Part shown: positions 63,206 through 64,000 of the stretch, piece after piece | Layout: every line of letters starts with the position of its first letter | How positions within the stretch are numbered: position 1 is the stretch's first letter | Assembly: GCF_963921235.1 (NCBI RefSeq) | Contig: NC_086097.1 | Span: 13,454,001-13,518,000, forward strand | Source of the DNA: Mobula hypostoma | Taxonomy: Eukaryota | Direction: 5' to 3' | Length of the DNA stretch: 64,000 bases | Program-made: the position numbers and the translations under genes | The notes under the pieces: model-generated | Told to the model about the DNA's origin: nothing | Databases searched by the model: none | The model's input: only the letters and a program-made list of their open reading frames with translations

Positions 63206-64000
63206 TCGAAACTAAATGGGTCTTTTGAATCTGATCAGTAAATGTCTTAGTTTTTATCAACAACAAACAATTGTCAGAACCTAGTGTGGTATCAATAGCA
63301 GACTGATCTCCAGAATGAAGGCGAGCAAAGATTTTCCAGGAGAATGCAGTAATTCCAAGTTGAGAGTCTTTCTCAGAATATCAGATCAAAGTTGTGGTCC
63401 TTGCACTTAAAATCCTTCCTCTCGGAGAATTGCTTCAGATCACCTGGTAACATTCCTTCCTGTCAACAATACATTTACGGAAGAATTCATTGTGAAAACT
63501 GTGTCAGTGAGTCAATCGATGACTGAGTTTGAGAATGAAATATTTGCCTTTATTGTTCCTGCTCCAGGACTCTGCGTGGAATTGAATATTTGGACGTATC
63601 TGCAGTTCACATTCCATGAAGCAGAATACAGTTGGCTTGAATCCAAATCCAAACTCTCTGCAAAAGCTCTTTCCACGCATGAAAGAGATTCAGGCATAAA
63701 ACCTTGCTGACCAAGGATCTCAAACTTATGAGGCAACATGACTGTGCCAGCTTCCTGTCCACAGGGAGCATCATATGAATGTGGAGCCACGATATTACGA
63801 TACATGCAGATCAATCATGATCTCATTTCATGGTGTGTGGTGGAACAATCTCAGAAGAGTTGAAAGGATTACTCTTTTCCTCAAATTACTTTGCACACAT
63901 GATTACAATGTGTGCACTTGGATGCATCCGACCCACTTCAACCTCCTCCAGCAATCCTGGAAAATCCCAATGGACTTGAAACAACTAGCTCCCAAATCTC

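Noticed and set aside
63492..63814. Strong + strand acceptor at 63567 and overlapping short ORFs
   Set aside because: No donor or recognisable homology; cannot be distinguished from chance.
1..64000. Prokaryotic systems (CRISPR array, operons, retron or defence RT)
   Set aside because: No regularly spaced repeat-spacer array or gene-dense organisation; all RT motifs are of eukaryotic non-LTR or PLE type.

Overview
This window is eukaryotic, repeat-saturated genomic DNA. The repeat repertoire (CR1 LINEs, Rex1/Babar LINEs, HE1-like V-SINEs, Penelope-derived short elements) points to a cartilaginous fish, probably a ray; that is an inference. No complete host gene, rRNA, tRNA or CRISPR array is recognisable, and almost all ORFs in the track are transposon debris or their antisense shadows. 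The window is a mosaic of nested insertions. It holds many CR1 and Rex1/Babar fragments, a decayed long-TIR Tc1 transposon, Tc1 and hAT MITEs, tRNA-derived SINEs and bipartite RTE derivatives. It also holds a solo LTR with a 4-bp TSD and a young Neptune-type Penelope-like element (PLE) fragment with an intact GIY-YIG domain. The most interesting system is this PLE family: it carries a minimal type-I hammerhead ribozyme (helix III reduced to an ACGU palindrome) and has spawned short fold-back derivatives whose inverted arm would mask the ribozyme. Other notable items are a hAT-like element with a 6-bp TSD, SINE tail swapping, a 124-bp templated insertion, and weak candidate exons, one encoding a Lys-containing transmembrane segment. 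Boundaries of decayed repeats are approximate, and family names come from motif recognition, not database searches.
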